Positions 30,491 through 40,230 of a stretch of 64,000 nt of DNA are shown piece after piece. The stretch is from positions 5,159-69,158 of the forward strand of contig CAYONI010000003.1 of NCBI GenBank assembly GCA_964405295.1. Direction: 5' to 3'. The notes below the pieces were generated by a model. That model was not told where the DNA came from. It saw nothing but the letters and a program-made list of their open reading frames with translations, and did no database searches. Within the stretch, counting starts at the first letter, position 1. Every line of letters begins with the position of its first letter. This DNA is from an uncultured Methanosarcinales archaeon. Its GTDB lineage: Archaea > Nanobdellota > Nanobdellia > Woesearchaeales > CAYZNE01. The position numbers and the translations under genes are program-made.

Positions 30491-32261
30491 TTTTATTTAC
30501 AAAATTCTTTATTCCAAATAAGCCTAGATGTATAATGAAATCATCAGCACTATCAGTTCTGTGAAGACCACAGAAGACTATAACACAAGATTTATTTATA
30601 TAATTATACTTTGTGGGAAAGCCAAACATACACCTTAGGGAATCATCTTTATTGTTTTGGTATGCTTTAAAGTGGCCAATGTCTAAGTTCAACCTTTTTA
30701 TGGTGTCTCCTTTTTTATGCCTAAGAATTAATACTCCGAAAAATTCTCCAAAATCATAATGCAGATATGCAGTCTTAAAAATATCTTGAACTTTTTTATC
30801 AGGATAATCTGATGAATACATTTCAGAAACTTTATCAGAAAAATTATCTAGTTTGTATGATTTCAGTATTTTATATCCTCTTTTAATTATTTCTAATTTC
30901 ACTTCTTCAAATCTTTTAATGGATTCGGGCCTAATTACAAGCATGGACACATCCAACTTTTTTATTTTCTGATAAAAAATATCACTTTGACGCGCTTTCC
31001 CAGAAAAAAGGTCTATTCTGCCCGACACAACATTTTTCAACAAATGATCTTCTTGGTCAGAAAATATTATTGTTGGTTTCTCTGCAACATAATATTCCAT
31101 AATAAGAGTCATAATATTATTAATAGACTTATGATTCAAACCGGCAAAAGGCTCATCTATTATAAGTAACTCCGGTTTTTTTATTAACATTGAAGCAATA
31201 AGCAACAATTGTTTCTGACCTCTGCTTAAAAAAAATGGATGTTCATCCTTCTTATGTTCAAGATTAATCTTTTTTAAAAAAATTAAAAGCTCTTCTTCAG
31301 AAAAATTACTTTCAAAATTTAATTCTTCCAATACAGAATTTGTAAAAAGTTGTTTTTCAGGTTCTTGCATTATCATTGCATAGGACTTAAATAATTTAGC
31401 AATAACCCCTTTGGTTTTTTTAATATTGCCAATAATAAGATTTAACAAAGTGGATTTTCCAGACCCATTAGGTCCAAATACCCCGAAAACTTGACCTTTT
31501 TTTATATTAAAATTAATATCTTTAAGCGCAGTTGTTCCATCAGGATAAGTTTTATGAACTTTAGTAAATGAGATTAGCTTATTAGACAATTTTCTTTCTT
31601 TAAACTTTGGCAATTTTATCTTTTGTTCAAAATTACCTTCTAGCCAAGCCCCTTCTTTATAACTTATTATTTTGTTACCAATCGCAGATAAACTTGTATC
31701 ATGAGTGGAAAGAATAATTATTTTTTTGTGAGAAATCAGTTTAAGATATGAAACCAATCTTTTTCTGTAGGTATTGTCAAGATTGGATGTTGGTTCATCA
31801 ATCATAATTATATCTTTATCCTGTGCGAGTATTGAAATAATTGATAAAATTTTCCTCTGGCCCGTAGACATATCCCTTAAATTTTTTAATTTAAGAGATT
31901 CTACACAAAAATATTTCATCAAATTATCTATAAGTGTTTCTTTATTTTTAGGAATTGTAAAAAATAATTCTTGTTGTATTGTGCTTAATATAAACTGACT
32001 TTCAGGCTCTTGAAATGCAAATGAAATATGTTTTCGTAGATTTTTTAAGCCTATATGTTTCCCATATGTTATTCTCCCTGAAAAAACTGATTCCTGAACT
32101 TCAGGTATTAATCCAGAAAACGCTTTCAATAAAGAAGTTTTACCACAGCCAGTAGCACCCCTTATAATTAATAAATCACCCTTTTTTAAAACTAATGAAA
32201 AGTTTTTTACGAGTAATTCCTCCCCGAATCCTAATTTATCTATTCTTATGTTTAAAATCAT
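30474..32261 (-). CDS. ECF transporter double ATPase (A-A') fused to C-terminal NDK-like domain
   Basis: GATGCGKT and GPNGSGKS, two Q.PE.Q loops; tail LVIRPES...SLRCMFG...GLHRTDS. Confidence 0.8.
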   Translation of the reverse strand: MILNIRIDKLGFGEELLVKNFSLVLKKGDLLIIRGATGCGKTSLLKAFSGLIPEVQESVFSGRITYGKHIGLKNLRKHISFAFQEPESQFILSTIQQELFFTIPKNKETLIDNLMKYFCVESLKLKNLRDMSTGQRKILSIISILAQDKDIIMIDEPTSNLDNTYRKRLVSYLKLISHKKIIILSTHDTSLSAIGNKIISYKEGAWLEGNFEQKIKLPKFKERKLSNKLISFTKVHKTYPDGTTALKDINFNIKKGQVFGVFGPNGSGKSTLLNLIIGNIKKTKGVIAKLFKSYAMIMQEPEKQLFTNSVLEELNFESNFSEEELLIFLKKINLEHKKDEHPFFLSRGQKQLLLIASMLIKKPELLIIDEPFAGLNHKSINNIMTLIMEYYVAEKPTIIFSDQEDHLLKNVVSGRIDLFSGKARQSDIFYQKIKKLDVSMLVIRPESIKRFEEVKLEIIKRGYKILKSYKLDNFSDKVSEMYSSDYPDKKVQDIFKTAYLHYDFGEFFGVLILRHKKGDTIKRLNLDIGHFKAYQNNKDDSLRCMFGFPTKYNYINKSCVIVFCGLHRTDSADDFIIHLGLFGIKNFVNKNGNTI

Positions 32262-32907
32262 CTTCCCTCAATGCATAGGACTGATTCAATAATTCTATCT
32301 TCTTAAAATTTGACAATAATAGAACGATGCCCAAATAAAGTATTCTCTTTAGTTTTTTTTTAAGACTTTTTGCAACAAATCCCCTTGACTTAAGAGCAGA
32401 ACTTATTTTTGCAATATCCATCAAAGAAAAACCTATTGTGTTAAACGCTATTGTAAACATAAATATTAATTTTCTCGGTGCTTTAATTTTTAATAATGAA
32501 TTAATAAGATCGTTTTCTGAAGTAATTGCCATAAAGAAAATTCCTGATAAAACCACAACAACCCATCTTGAGGCTGCAAGAAGCATAAGAGCTAACGTAT
32601 TATTTGTAAAAAATGTTCCCCAGGGAAAAGAAAATATAATTTCCCCCTGAATTCTACTCAAAAACACCCAGAACAAAGAAAAAATAACTATTGCTATTGC
32701 AAGAGACCTATAGGCTGTAGGATTATAAAACTTTATTGACAAAAGAAAAAATAATAAAATAATTATGATTGCTAAATTTATAACCGGATTTTTGTTTAAA
32801 ACTCCAAAGATACTTATAAGAAAGAAAAAAAATAATTTAAAAAAAAATCCCACCCTATTAAAGAGAGAAGAACCCTCTAAATAATGAATAAATGTGGGTT
32901 CTTTCAT
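32236..32907 (-). CDS. ECF transporter T component
   Basis: TM helices, ALKSRG and YALRE X-R-X motifs. Confidence 0.82.
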   Translation of the reverse strand: MKEPTFIHYLEGSSLFNRVGFFFKLFFFFLISIFGVLNKNPVINLAIIIILLFFLLSIKFYNPTAYRSLAIAIVIFSLFWVFLSRIQGEIIFSFPWGTFFTNNTLALMLLAASRWVVVVLSGIFFMAITSENDLINSLLKIKAPRKLIFMFTIAFNTIGFSLMDIAKISSALKSRGFVAKSLKKKLKRILYLGIVLLLSNFKKIELLNQSYALREDDFKHKNR

Positions 32908-32917
32908 TAAACCACCA

Positions 32918-33484
32918 TTACCAAAATTTCTTTACGAATAATGAAGTTTTTTTGACAAAAGGGCTTAAATATTTCAGCAAAGGTATTCCTATTACTATAG
33001 ATACAATTACACCACCAATCAACCAACCATAGACTGCAGCGCTAACCGCTTCGGCAGGCATAATACCAAAATAATAAAATCCAGTAAGTACCCATGCAGC
33101 AGAAATTATATTCTGTGCTATTGTAGCAGAAAGTATAAACCCAAAAAAATCTTTAGGTTTCTTCAAATCCATATCAAACCATTTCCTGAAAAATAACATT
33201 GGAACTGCTGCACCCAGAACATTCCCCCATGCTAACAAGAATGCATAAACAGTAAACGTACCTGAAATTAAAGCTCCTAGTAAAAGTCCGATATATATTG
33301 CAATAAGTCCTTTTCCTTTGAACCAAATTGCAAATACAGTAAAAAATGCCGAGCCAATGTAGAATGCAGAAACACCAATTATACCGATAGGAAAAATAAC
33401 AACCCCAATATAATCAAGTAAAGCGACAAGTCCCGCAACTACGCCCATTAATATAAAATAGTTAAATTTATTTGTTGTTTCCAT
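32918..33484 (-). CDS. ECF S component (QueT-like)
   Basis: About 190 aa, about 6 TM, first gene of the ECF operon. Confidence 0.7.
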   Translation of the reverse strand: METTNKFNYFILMGVVAGLVALLDYIGVVIFPIGIIGVSAFYIGSAFFTVFAIWFKGKGLIAIYIGLLLGALISGTFTVYAFLLAWGNVLGAAVPMLFFRKWFDMDLKKPKDFFGFILSATIAQNIISAAWVLTGFYYFGIMPAEAVSAAVYGWLIGGVIVSIVIGIPLLKYLSPFVKKTSLFVKKFW

Positions 33485-33644
33485 AAAAAAGTTAAATTGT
33501 TATACATTTAAAAAATTAACCCAATAATTTCCGGAATAATCGAAAAAAATAGAAAATTAGGAGTATTGCGAAATGCATTTAAAAATAATTATTACTAGTC
33601 ATTAATTAACTTAATTCATTTAATATAAAACAAAAGAAAATAAT

Positions 33645-35162
33645 TCACTTGATATAAATCAAAGCACCATTATCAGGCCCATTACCTACTCCGCCAACTT
33701 TGAATAATGTTTCTTGCTCAATGAATTTGATGAAGTCTTGTGCTTCTTTATCCCAGGAACTAAACTCTCCTTGAATCTTATTATTCCAAGAAGGAAGAAT
33801 CTTAATGACTGCTTTCAGAGTTCTAAGTTTTTCATCTCCCCAGGCAGGAATAGTTTTATACTTATTTCCTTGGAGATCTTCATACCTAGTTATAAGTGGA
33901 ATCTCATCTAATAATTCAAGACCATCCATTTGATTAATCCAAAGTTCACAATCATTAATACTGCCTCGGGCAGTGTTGTTGTATAATGTTCTGAGTGCAA
34001 CTAAATCTAATGGGGCTTTTCCTCTAGGAAAACCCGTTGTTTCACCAAACTCACTATAGAACAATCTAAACCCATCCCCTTTTTCTTGAGAATCACTAGA
34101 ACGCATTAATTCTATTGCTTTGTCTTTATAATCAGAATATTTTGCATCTACACTAAACCCATAATGCTTTAGAACTTCTGGTTTTCTTAGTGAAGAAGAT
34201 CTATCACCAAACTCTCCAACAAAGTAAGCATTACCAACTCTACTTCCAAAAGATTTTACTACGAAAATAAGTTTCTGTTTTTGTACAGGGATGTTTTGGG
34301 TTACAAATATACCTGCAGGATCGATAATACTCGAACTTCCCTTCTCAATTCTAGAAGTGGTTCCTAGAAAATAAGATTGAGAACCTTCATTCAGAACAAT
34401 TCTATCATAGTTTACTGCATCTTTTAACTCGTTTGCAATTTCCGATGAAATAAAATCTTTTAACATTTCATTATGCTTTGTTAATTCTTCTAGAACATTT
34501 TCTACTGAGTTTTGTTCTTTAAATTTAAGATATTCTTGTTTAACTTGATCGTTGGGGTTTATCAGGTCTAAGTTATTCTTTTTGCATAGATACTCGTAAT
34601 ATTCTGAGTGCAGTTCAGGAACTAGAATGTTTAGTTTCTCTATTAACTGTTCTCTATTTAGTAGATCTCTTGCGATAATTCCTGTTCTTTTAGCTTTTGC
34701 ACCATAGACAAATCTTATTCCAGAGCCAGTGGATGTTCTACCACTCTTTAATCCATCTAAAACCATGTAAGCATCAAGAATGATTAGGGCATTATCATCT
34801 ATTAGAAGAGTTCCATTAAAGAAACCTGCATTCTGAAAATCTTTTATTTCTTTAACTAACTTTGCGGGGTGTAGAGCGCAACCTGCACCCACTACACTAA
34901 TAAAATTAGGATAAATAATTGTTGAGGGAATAACATGGCCTGAAACCTTTTTACCGTTTAAATGAAGAGCGTGGCCACCATTTGGTCCACCATTGGATCT
35001 AACTCCATAGCCAACAATCTCTTTTTCAGAAAACTTTGATTTGAAAGATTGAACATTAGAGTATTCACCTTTTTTATTAGATATCATTTCTGCAATAGAA
35101 GCAATATTTTTCCCTTTTCCTTCATCCCCGAAGAATCCACCAAGTACCGTTAGAATTACCAT
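33645..35162 (-). CDS. Divergent adenylosuccinate synthetase (PurA-like)
   Basis: GDEGKGK, GPNGGH, EGSQ, SRVG, EFGETTGFPR, NQMD, GNGP. Confidence 0.85.
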   Translation of the reverse strand: MVILTVLGGFFGDEGKGKNIASIAEMISNKKGEYSNVQSFKSKFSEKEIVGYGVRSNGGPNGGHALHLNGKKVSGHVIPSTIIYPNFISVVGAGCALHPAKLVKEIKDFQNAGFFNGTLLIDDNALIILDAYMVLDGLKSGRTSTGSGIRFVYGAKAKRTGIIARDLLNREQLIEKLNILVPELHSEYYEYLCKKNNLDLINPNDQVKQEYLKFKEQNSVENVLEELTKHNEMLKDFISSEIANELKDAVNYDRIVLNEGSQSYFLGTTSRIEKGSSSIIDPAGIFVTQNIPVQKQKLIFVVKSFGSRVGNAYFVGEFGDRSSSLRKPEVLKHYGFSVDAKYSDYKDKAIELMRSSDSQEKGDGFRLFYSEFGETTGFPRGKAPLDLVALRTLYNNTARGSINDCELWINQMDGLELLDEIPLITRYEDLQGNKYKTIPAWGDEKLRTLKAVIKILPSWNNKIQGEFSSWDKEAQDFIKFIEQETLFKVGGVGNGPDNGALIYIK

Positions 35163-35222
35163 ACTTTACTTGATTTAAGAATAGTTATTTATATAGTTTT
35201 TGTTGTTATTTAAATAAAAAGA

Positions 35223-35264
35223 AAATGCTCAATAAACGTTTGTTTATTGGCACCGAAAACCGGA
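35223..35264 (-). repeat. Subfamily A copy 3
   Basis: AAATGCTCAATAAAC-GTTT-GTTTATTGGCACCGAAAACCGGA. Confidence 0.85.
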
Positions 35265-35269
35265 GTTAA

Positions 35270-36163
35270 TTAATTAAAAACATCTAGGTCACCAGAAGTT
35301 GTCCTAACAACAAATCTATGTTCTCCACCATTAACCATAATTACAGATTCTGTGGTCATACCAGCAAATCTATTCTCTAGGTCTCCGCTGGTGCTATCAA
35401 AATCAATGACGAAGCTTGAATCAGCTGGAAGTTTAACTTTAACATCACCAGAAGTAGTTTTTATGTCAATATCATTTGTTAACTCTACATAATCTAGATT
35501 TACTTTTCCAGAAACTGACTTTGCATTTAGAGAACCAGACTTTAAAGAGTTAAAACTTACATCACCAGAAGTTGTTTCAGTTACTACTTCTCCGGTTTCT
35601 ATATTTACTGCTTTTAGACCACCAGAAACTGTATTGAAATTAAAGTTATAGGATGTAATATTATTAATAACTGCATCTGCTGAAGTTCCTTTGAATTTAA
35701 AATCTGCAAACTCAAAATTACTTACTTCCAGGTCTCCAGAAACAGTAGTTATATCCATGCCAACTTTGTTCCTAGGGATCTTCAGCTGGAGATTCATATC
35801 ATGCATTCCTCCAAAATTAAAAAAGCTCGCTCCAAGGTTTTTGTATTCAACAGCAATCTTTAGGGTATTATCTTCTTTTGTAACTGTTAATTCTGGAACT
35901 TCATTAATTTTAGACGTTGTTTGACCAGTTAGATAAACTTCAATGTTCTCAGAGTTAGATTCTACTATCTCAATGGATGTGCTTACAGTATTAATCTCAA
36001 TTGAACTGATGTTAGTAAAACTAATCATTTTGTTCTCAGAAACTTGGTATTCACTTGCATCTATGTTATAACCATTAGATACAAAAAGTAGTAATGCTGC
36101 TACAGTAATACTAACAACAGCTATTATCACTAGGATTAGAGTTATTTGTTTTATATTTTTCAT
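35270..36163 (-). CDS. DUF4097 beta-repeat protein
   Basis: Repeated T[TV]SGD motifs; N-terminal TM. Confidence 0.88.
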   Translation of the reverse strand: MKNIKQITLILVIIAVVSITVAALLLFVSNGYNIDASEYQVSENKMISFTNISSIEINTVSTSIEIVESNSENIEVYLTGQTTSKINEVPELTVTKEDNTLKIAVEYKNLGASFFNFGGMHDMNLQLKIPRNKVGMDITTVSGDLEVSNFEFADFKFKGTSADAVINNITSYNFNFNTVSGGLKAVNIETGEVVTETTSGDVSFNSLKSGSLNAKSVSGKVNLDYVELTNDIDIKTTSGDVKVKLPADSSFVIDFDSTSGDLENRFAGMTTESVIMVNGGEHRFVVRTTSGDLDVFN

Positions 36164-36165
36164 TT

Positions 36166-36735
36166 TTAATTACCTTTAATTATTTTTAAATTTAGTTTCA
36201 GATATTTTATTACCAAAGAAAAGAATCCTTTAGAGATATAATAAGACCCTATAAGCATTAATAATCCTAGACTTAGACAACCAATCCCCGTAAGAATAGA
36301 TACTATTGGAGTTATGCCAAAGGTCAATAGACTGTAAAATGATGCTAGCAGTGGTGCAAAGATTAAAGCAATACCTGTAACAATAAAAGAAATAGTTATT
36401 GCGTATATCCCAATTAATATTCCTAGTAATCCGAAGAATATCCCTGCTACAAATATTAAATTAAAAAAACCTAATCCAATTATGGCGAGTATTGCTCTGG
36501 TTACATTTGAGAATGATGATTTTTCCTCAGCTTTCTTAATTAAAAGATTTGCATATGCTTGTTTTGCAATGGTTTTTGGTTTTCCCAGCGACTTTATTAG
36601 AGCAGATTCGGTTCTACCTTTTTTAAGGCCTATGTTGAAGTGCTCTTCATAGTCTTCAATGATTTCCTCACGATCTTCTTTTTGCAGATGTTTTAATCTT
36701 GATTTTAATTCTTTGAAAAATTCTTTTTTATTCAA
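36166..36735 (-). CDS. DUF1700 (HAAS domain) membrane protein
   Basis: DYEEHF..G...GRTE....LGKPKTIA. Confidence 0.9.
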   Translation of the reverse strand: MNKKEFFKELKSRLKHLQKEDREEIIEDYEEHFNIGLKKGRTESALIKSLGKPKTIAKQAYANLLIKKAEEKSSFSNVTRAILAIIGLGFFNLIFVAGIFFGLLGILIGIYAITISFIVTGIALIFAPLLASFYSLLTFGITPIVSILTGIGCLSLGLLMLIGSYYISKGFFSLVIKYLKLNLKIIKGN

Positions 36736-36736
36736 T

Positions 36737-37048
36737 TTATTTACCTCTTAGAAAGACTTCTACTTTCTTAGTAAAGCTTTTCCATTGTTTTGATAATAAT
36801 AACACTCTTTTTTCTCCATTTTTAGTTAACTTGTAGTATTTTCTTGGTGGTCCTGTCTTTGATTCTTTGAGATAGGTTGTTACATAACCATCTTTTTTTA
36901 GCCTTCTTAGTAAAGGATATATTGTTCCTTCGGACACATCAATCTTTTTTGATATCTCATTAGCAATCTTGTATCCGTAACAGTCATCTATCCTCAATAG
37001 GTTCAGAACGCAAAGTTCCAGAACTCCCTTCTTAAATTGTGTATCCAT
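36737..37048 (-). CDS. PadR-family regulator
   Basis: [28 protein letters not shown]. Confidence 0.95.
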   Translation of the reverse strand: MDTQFKKGVLELCVLNLLRIDDCYGYKIANEISKKIDVSEGTIYPLLRRLKKDGYVTTYLKESKTGPPRKYYKLTKNGEKRVLLLSKQWKSFTKKVEVFLRGK

Positions 37049-37158
37049 TGTTGTACCTGTTCATGTTTAGTATTAGGTATTGCATAGTAGTATATAAATG
37101 TTTTGGTTAGATGATGGAGAATTGAGTTGCAGACATCAAAGAAGAAGTCACAATAACA

Positions 37159-37407
37159 CTATTTGAAAATTTTCTTAAAGTTTTTTACAGCTTGATCATA
37201 AATTCTTTTTCCTGCCAGAATAGGTGAAAGAACTTCTAGAATTATGAATACTATTGCCAGAATTAGAAAGAATATTGCCCATCCAGTCATATCTTTCATT
37301 GCATCCCACAAAGCAAATAGTATCATGGCACCTATTGCATATTGTCCTGGTATTTTGTAAATTGACAGAATTATTTCAATAATATCCTCTTTGATTTGAT
37401 TAGTCAT
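37159..37407 (-). CDS. Small 2-TM hypothetical protein
   Basis: 82-aa hydrophobic ORF. Confidence 0.5.
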   Translation of the reverse strand: MTNQIKEDIIEIILSIYKIPGQYAIGAMILFALWDAMKDMTGWAIFFLILAIVFIILEVLSPILAGKRIYDQAVKNFKKIFK

Positions 37408-37585
37408 AAAAAGGAAAAAACTTAGTTCTATAAAAAATTTATGGTTATTGTGATTGTATTTAACATTTGATTATGAGAAATTTCTTGAGCGAAGCGATAC
37501 ATTAAAAACAAGAATCAAGGCGAGAAAACTTAAAATTAGAAAAATTTATATAAATAAGTCCAATTATCGGTTATAGGTGGTATAG

Positions 37586-38134
37586 ATGGATTATGCAAAT
37601 GAATTTAATGAAATATTGAATACCCTTAATGATAATCTTGAACTAAAAGAAAGAGTTATAGAATTAATACAAAATAAGCCAATATTAGGGAAAGTTATAG
37701 AGGAAGAAGAAAGAGTAAATGAATTTAGAAAAATATTAATTGAATTAGTTAAGGGTGCCTTTGATACCCTAGAATCTTCTTATATAGAAGTAGAATCAAG
37801 ATTGCTCCGAAATAAATCAAAATATGCATCTGATAATCGTGTTTTTGCAAGTGGTTGGTCAGAAAGATTAGTAAGAACTCATTTAAGTAGATTTTATAAT
37901 CAAGCTATACTAGAAGAATTAGATGAAAAGGGCGAAGACGAATGCTTTGTACCTGCTTCCAGTTCATCAAATTTAAGTTCAAGATGCGCGATTATCCAGA
38001 ATCAGAATTATAAAGTTAAAGAACTATTGCAAAATTTAATTAACAATTATGATTTGGGGCGATACGATGATTCAATAAAGGTTCCTGAACATCCACATTG
38101 TTCACATGTAGTTAAACCAATTGAAAAAGAATAA
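37586..38134 (+). CDS. Hypothetical protein with MuF (phage minor head)-like C-terminus
   Basis: ERLVRTHLSRFYN...RC...VPEHPHCSH resembles the MuF R..ART...PxHPxCR pattern; GGTGG Shine-Dalgarno. Confidence 0.5.
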   Translation: MDYANEFNEILNTLNDNLELKERVIELIQNKPILGKVIEEEERVNEFRKILIELVKGAFDTLESSYIEVESRLLRNKSKYASDNRVFASGWSERLVRTHLSRFYNQAILEELDEKGEDECFVPASSSSNLSSRCAIIQNQNYKVKELLQNLINNYDLGRYDDSIKVPEHPHCSHVVKPIEKE

Positions 38135-38144
38135 GAGATCACAA

Positions 38145-38714
38145 ATGACTAAGAGATTAAATTTATGTGGAAAATTGCTTCATACATTTACAGCATTTTT
38201 TCCTATGTACATATACTGGGCATACTTCTTTTCGACTAAAATCGAATCATGGGATATAAAGGATGTGATAAATACAAACTCAATAATATTTATAGTTTTG
38301 ATTTTACTATCAATTTTATCTGTGTACCTATTTTATATTGTAATTTTGAAGAAAACAAAAAGTCCAGATAAAGAATTCAATATAAAAAGTAGTGAAAAGA
38401 AAGCCACACAAATTAAATATATTGTCATGTCTCTTTTACCCTTCATGCTCTTTTTTGGGGAATTCTTTAATAATAATACTATCTCATTATGGAGTGTTAT
38501 CATTGGTACTATTTTCTTCATAGTTGTAGGCTTAATCTTAGTAATGAAAGAAGAAACAGGAATTTTATATAATCTTTTTTACATTCCATATAACATCTTA
38601 AATGTGAAAATGGAAAATGGAAAGGAGATAATAATCATATCTAAAAAAAATAATCTCACTGGTTTTATTAAAGTTTATCAGTTAGATAAAAGGGTGTTTA
38701 AAGAATGGAATTAG
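38145..38714 (+). CDS. kwaA: KwaA-like membrane protein (Kiwa anti-phage system)
   Basis: 4 TM; TAFFPMYI, YIVMSLLPF and YNLFYIPYNI resemble KwaA; overlaps the DUF4868-like gene; alternative TTG start at 38121. Confidence 0.62.
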   Translation: MTKRLNLCGKLLHTFTAFFPMYIYWAYFFSTKIESWDIKDVINTNSIIFIVLILLSILSVYLFYIVILKKTKSPDKEFNIKSSEKKATQIKYIVMSLLPFMLFFGEFFNNNTISLWSVIIGTIFFIVVGLILVMKEETGILYNLFYIPYNILNVKMENGKEIIIISKKNNLTGFIKVYQLDKRVFKEWN

Positions 38715-39709
38715 ATTTACAAGATTGGGTTATTGAAGCTTTTTTAATCAAAAGAGATAACAGACCTTCTGTTTCGGATCAAGATTATCTAAAAGCCGAT
38801 AAATTAAATATAACTGATGAGAATTTAAAAACTAAGTTTAAAGATATTTTAAAAAAGTATTTGTGTGATGAATCGAGCAATCTATCAGTAGATTTAAATA
38901 ATTATTATCCCTATATGACTGATGATTCAAAGGAGAAAAACTATAAGATAACAAAAGAAAATGTTGATGATCTAAATAACTATTTCAATAATCTTATTGA
39001 AGTTGTTATAGATGATACAATTGAGGGGAATGTTATTTCTGATAATTTTTCTAAATATTATGCAATGGTTATAAATTTCTCCCATGGGGATCAGAATATT
39101 GTAATTTTTCGAAAACTGAAAAGAGTCACTGTTGGAAAATTTATCGGTGGAATCTTCGATGGAAGCGTTAAAGAATTAGCCAATGATCTTCTTTTCGTTG
39201 ATGACTCAATTGATTTTGTCTATTTTGTAAATTTTATTGTAGATGGTAGAACTAATGAAGAAAGAAAAAAACTTAATAATTACATTTTGGTATATAATAG
39301 AAGAAATTTTGAAGTTGTTTTTAAAATTAACGAATACAGGATTACAAAATCAGAAGAATTCTTTAACAAATACTCTTTTATTGAAATTGCAGACATTGAA
39401 ACAGATAAAGAGTATGAAGATGGAACTAAATTAAAACTAAAAGGGGACATAGTAGAGGATGGTAGATTAAATTCACAAATTACAAGAATAAATAATATAT
39501 CTTCAGATGAAATTACATTTGATAAAATTAAACAGATAAAAGAAGAAAGAGGCAATAAGTATTCTTTTAATATTGTGAATAACAAAATAAAAATTGATGA
39601 TAAAGCACAGATTAAGGATTTAATTGATTTAATTGATGAAAAAATAGGTTTTCCTGATTGGAATAGAACTAAATTAGTTAGATATCCAAATAAAGGAGAG
39701 GATTTATAG
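38705..39709 (+). CDS. kwaB: KwaB-like DUF4868 protein (Kiwa)
   Basis: IFRK...LFVDDSIDFV...VYNRRNFEVVF DUF4868 pattern. Confidence 0.68.
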   Translation: MELDLQDWVIEAFLIKRDNRPSVSDQDYLKADKLNITDENLKTKFKDILKKYLCDESSNLSVDLNNYYPYMTDDSKEKNYKITKENVDDLNNYFNNLIEVVIDDTIEGNVISDNFSKYYAMVINFSHGDQNIVIFRKLKRVTVGKFIGGIFDGSVKELANDLLFVDDSIDFVYFVNFIVDGRTNEERKKLNNYILVYNRRNFEVVFKINEYRITKSEEFFNKYSFIEIADIETDKEYEDGTKLKLKGDIVEDGRLNSQITRINNISSDEITFDKIKQIKEERGNKYSFNIVNNKIKIDDKAQIKDLIDLIDEKIGFPDWNRTKLVRYPNKGEDL

Positions 39710-39828
39710 AATTCATAGAAGAATCAATTATTAATTGTCTTATTATTGATAGATACTAACGTATAAGTTAAATTGTATATATTATTCCTTGAAAAAGTTT
39801 AAATACTAGGTACGTCTTTCTATAATTT

Positions 39829-40032
39829 ATGGTATTCAATATATTAGATATAGTATTTTTAGTATTGGCTATTCTTGGCTGCTTGGATAAATTGGTATTA
39901 ATATTGGACGGTTTTTTTGATTTCCTAGGAGACTTTGTTAAGGGAATATTTGAATTTGTTGATGAAAATGTTGATATAGTTTTTTGGGTGATAATCATTT
40001 ATATGCTTCTTAAATTGTCTGGCACAATATGA
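39829..40032 (+). CDS. Small membrane hypothetical protein
   Basis: 67 aa, hydrophobic, TATA-like element upstream. Confidence 0.4.
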   Translation: MVFNILDIVFLVLAILGCLDKLVLILDGFFDFLGDFVKGIFEFVDENVDIVFWVIIIYMLLKLSGTI

Positions 40033-40052
40033 TTAATTAAGGTTTCAATCCT

Positions 40053-40163
40053 AAGCTAAACCCAAGCCATCCTAGAGCACCTCCTCGATGATAGGTCCTG
40101 CATAGGGTCGACAAGATGCACGGTGGGAGCAAGGGATTTAAGTCGGTATTTTGGGCTTTTTTT
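40053..40163 (+). ncRNA. GC-rich structured non-coding element, candidate ncRNA
   Basis: Clearly higher GC than flanks; nested CCCAA/TTGGG, ATCC/GGAT and TGCAT/ATGCA pairings; ends in T7. Confidence 0.45.
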
Positions 40164-40230
40164 ATTAAATTTGATATATTTTCTAAGAAGATAGACAAAA
40201 TTTATATATTCTATATGAATCTTAAATGTT

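Noticed and set aside
33645..35162. PurZ (Z-genome) call
   Set aside because: It retains the Asp in GDEGKG where PurZ has Ser, and no datZ or mazZ is nearby.
37480..37530. GAGCGAAGCGA mini-hairpin as an element end
   Set aside because: Single occurrence with no partner end or associated transposase.
40075..40100. HDV-like ribozyme suggested by ACCTCCTCG
   Set aside because: P3 cannot close (TGA follows instead of GGT) and I found no consistent P1/P2.
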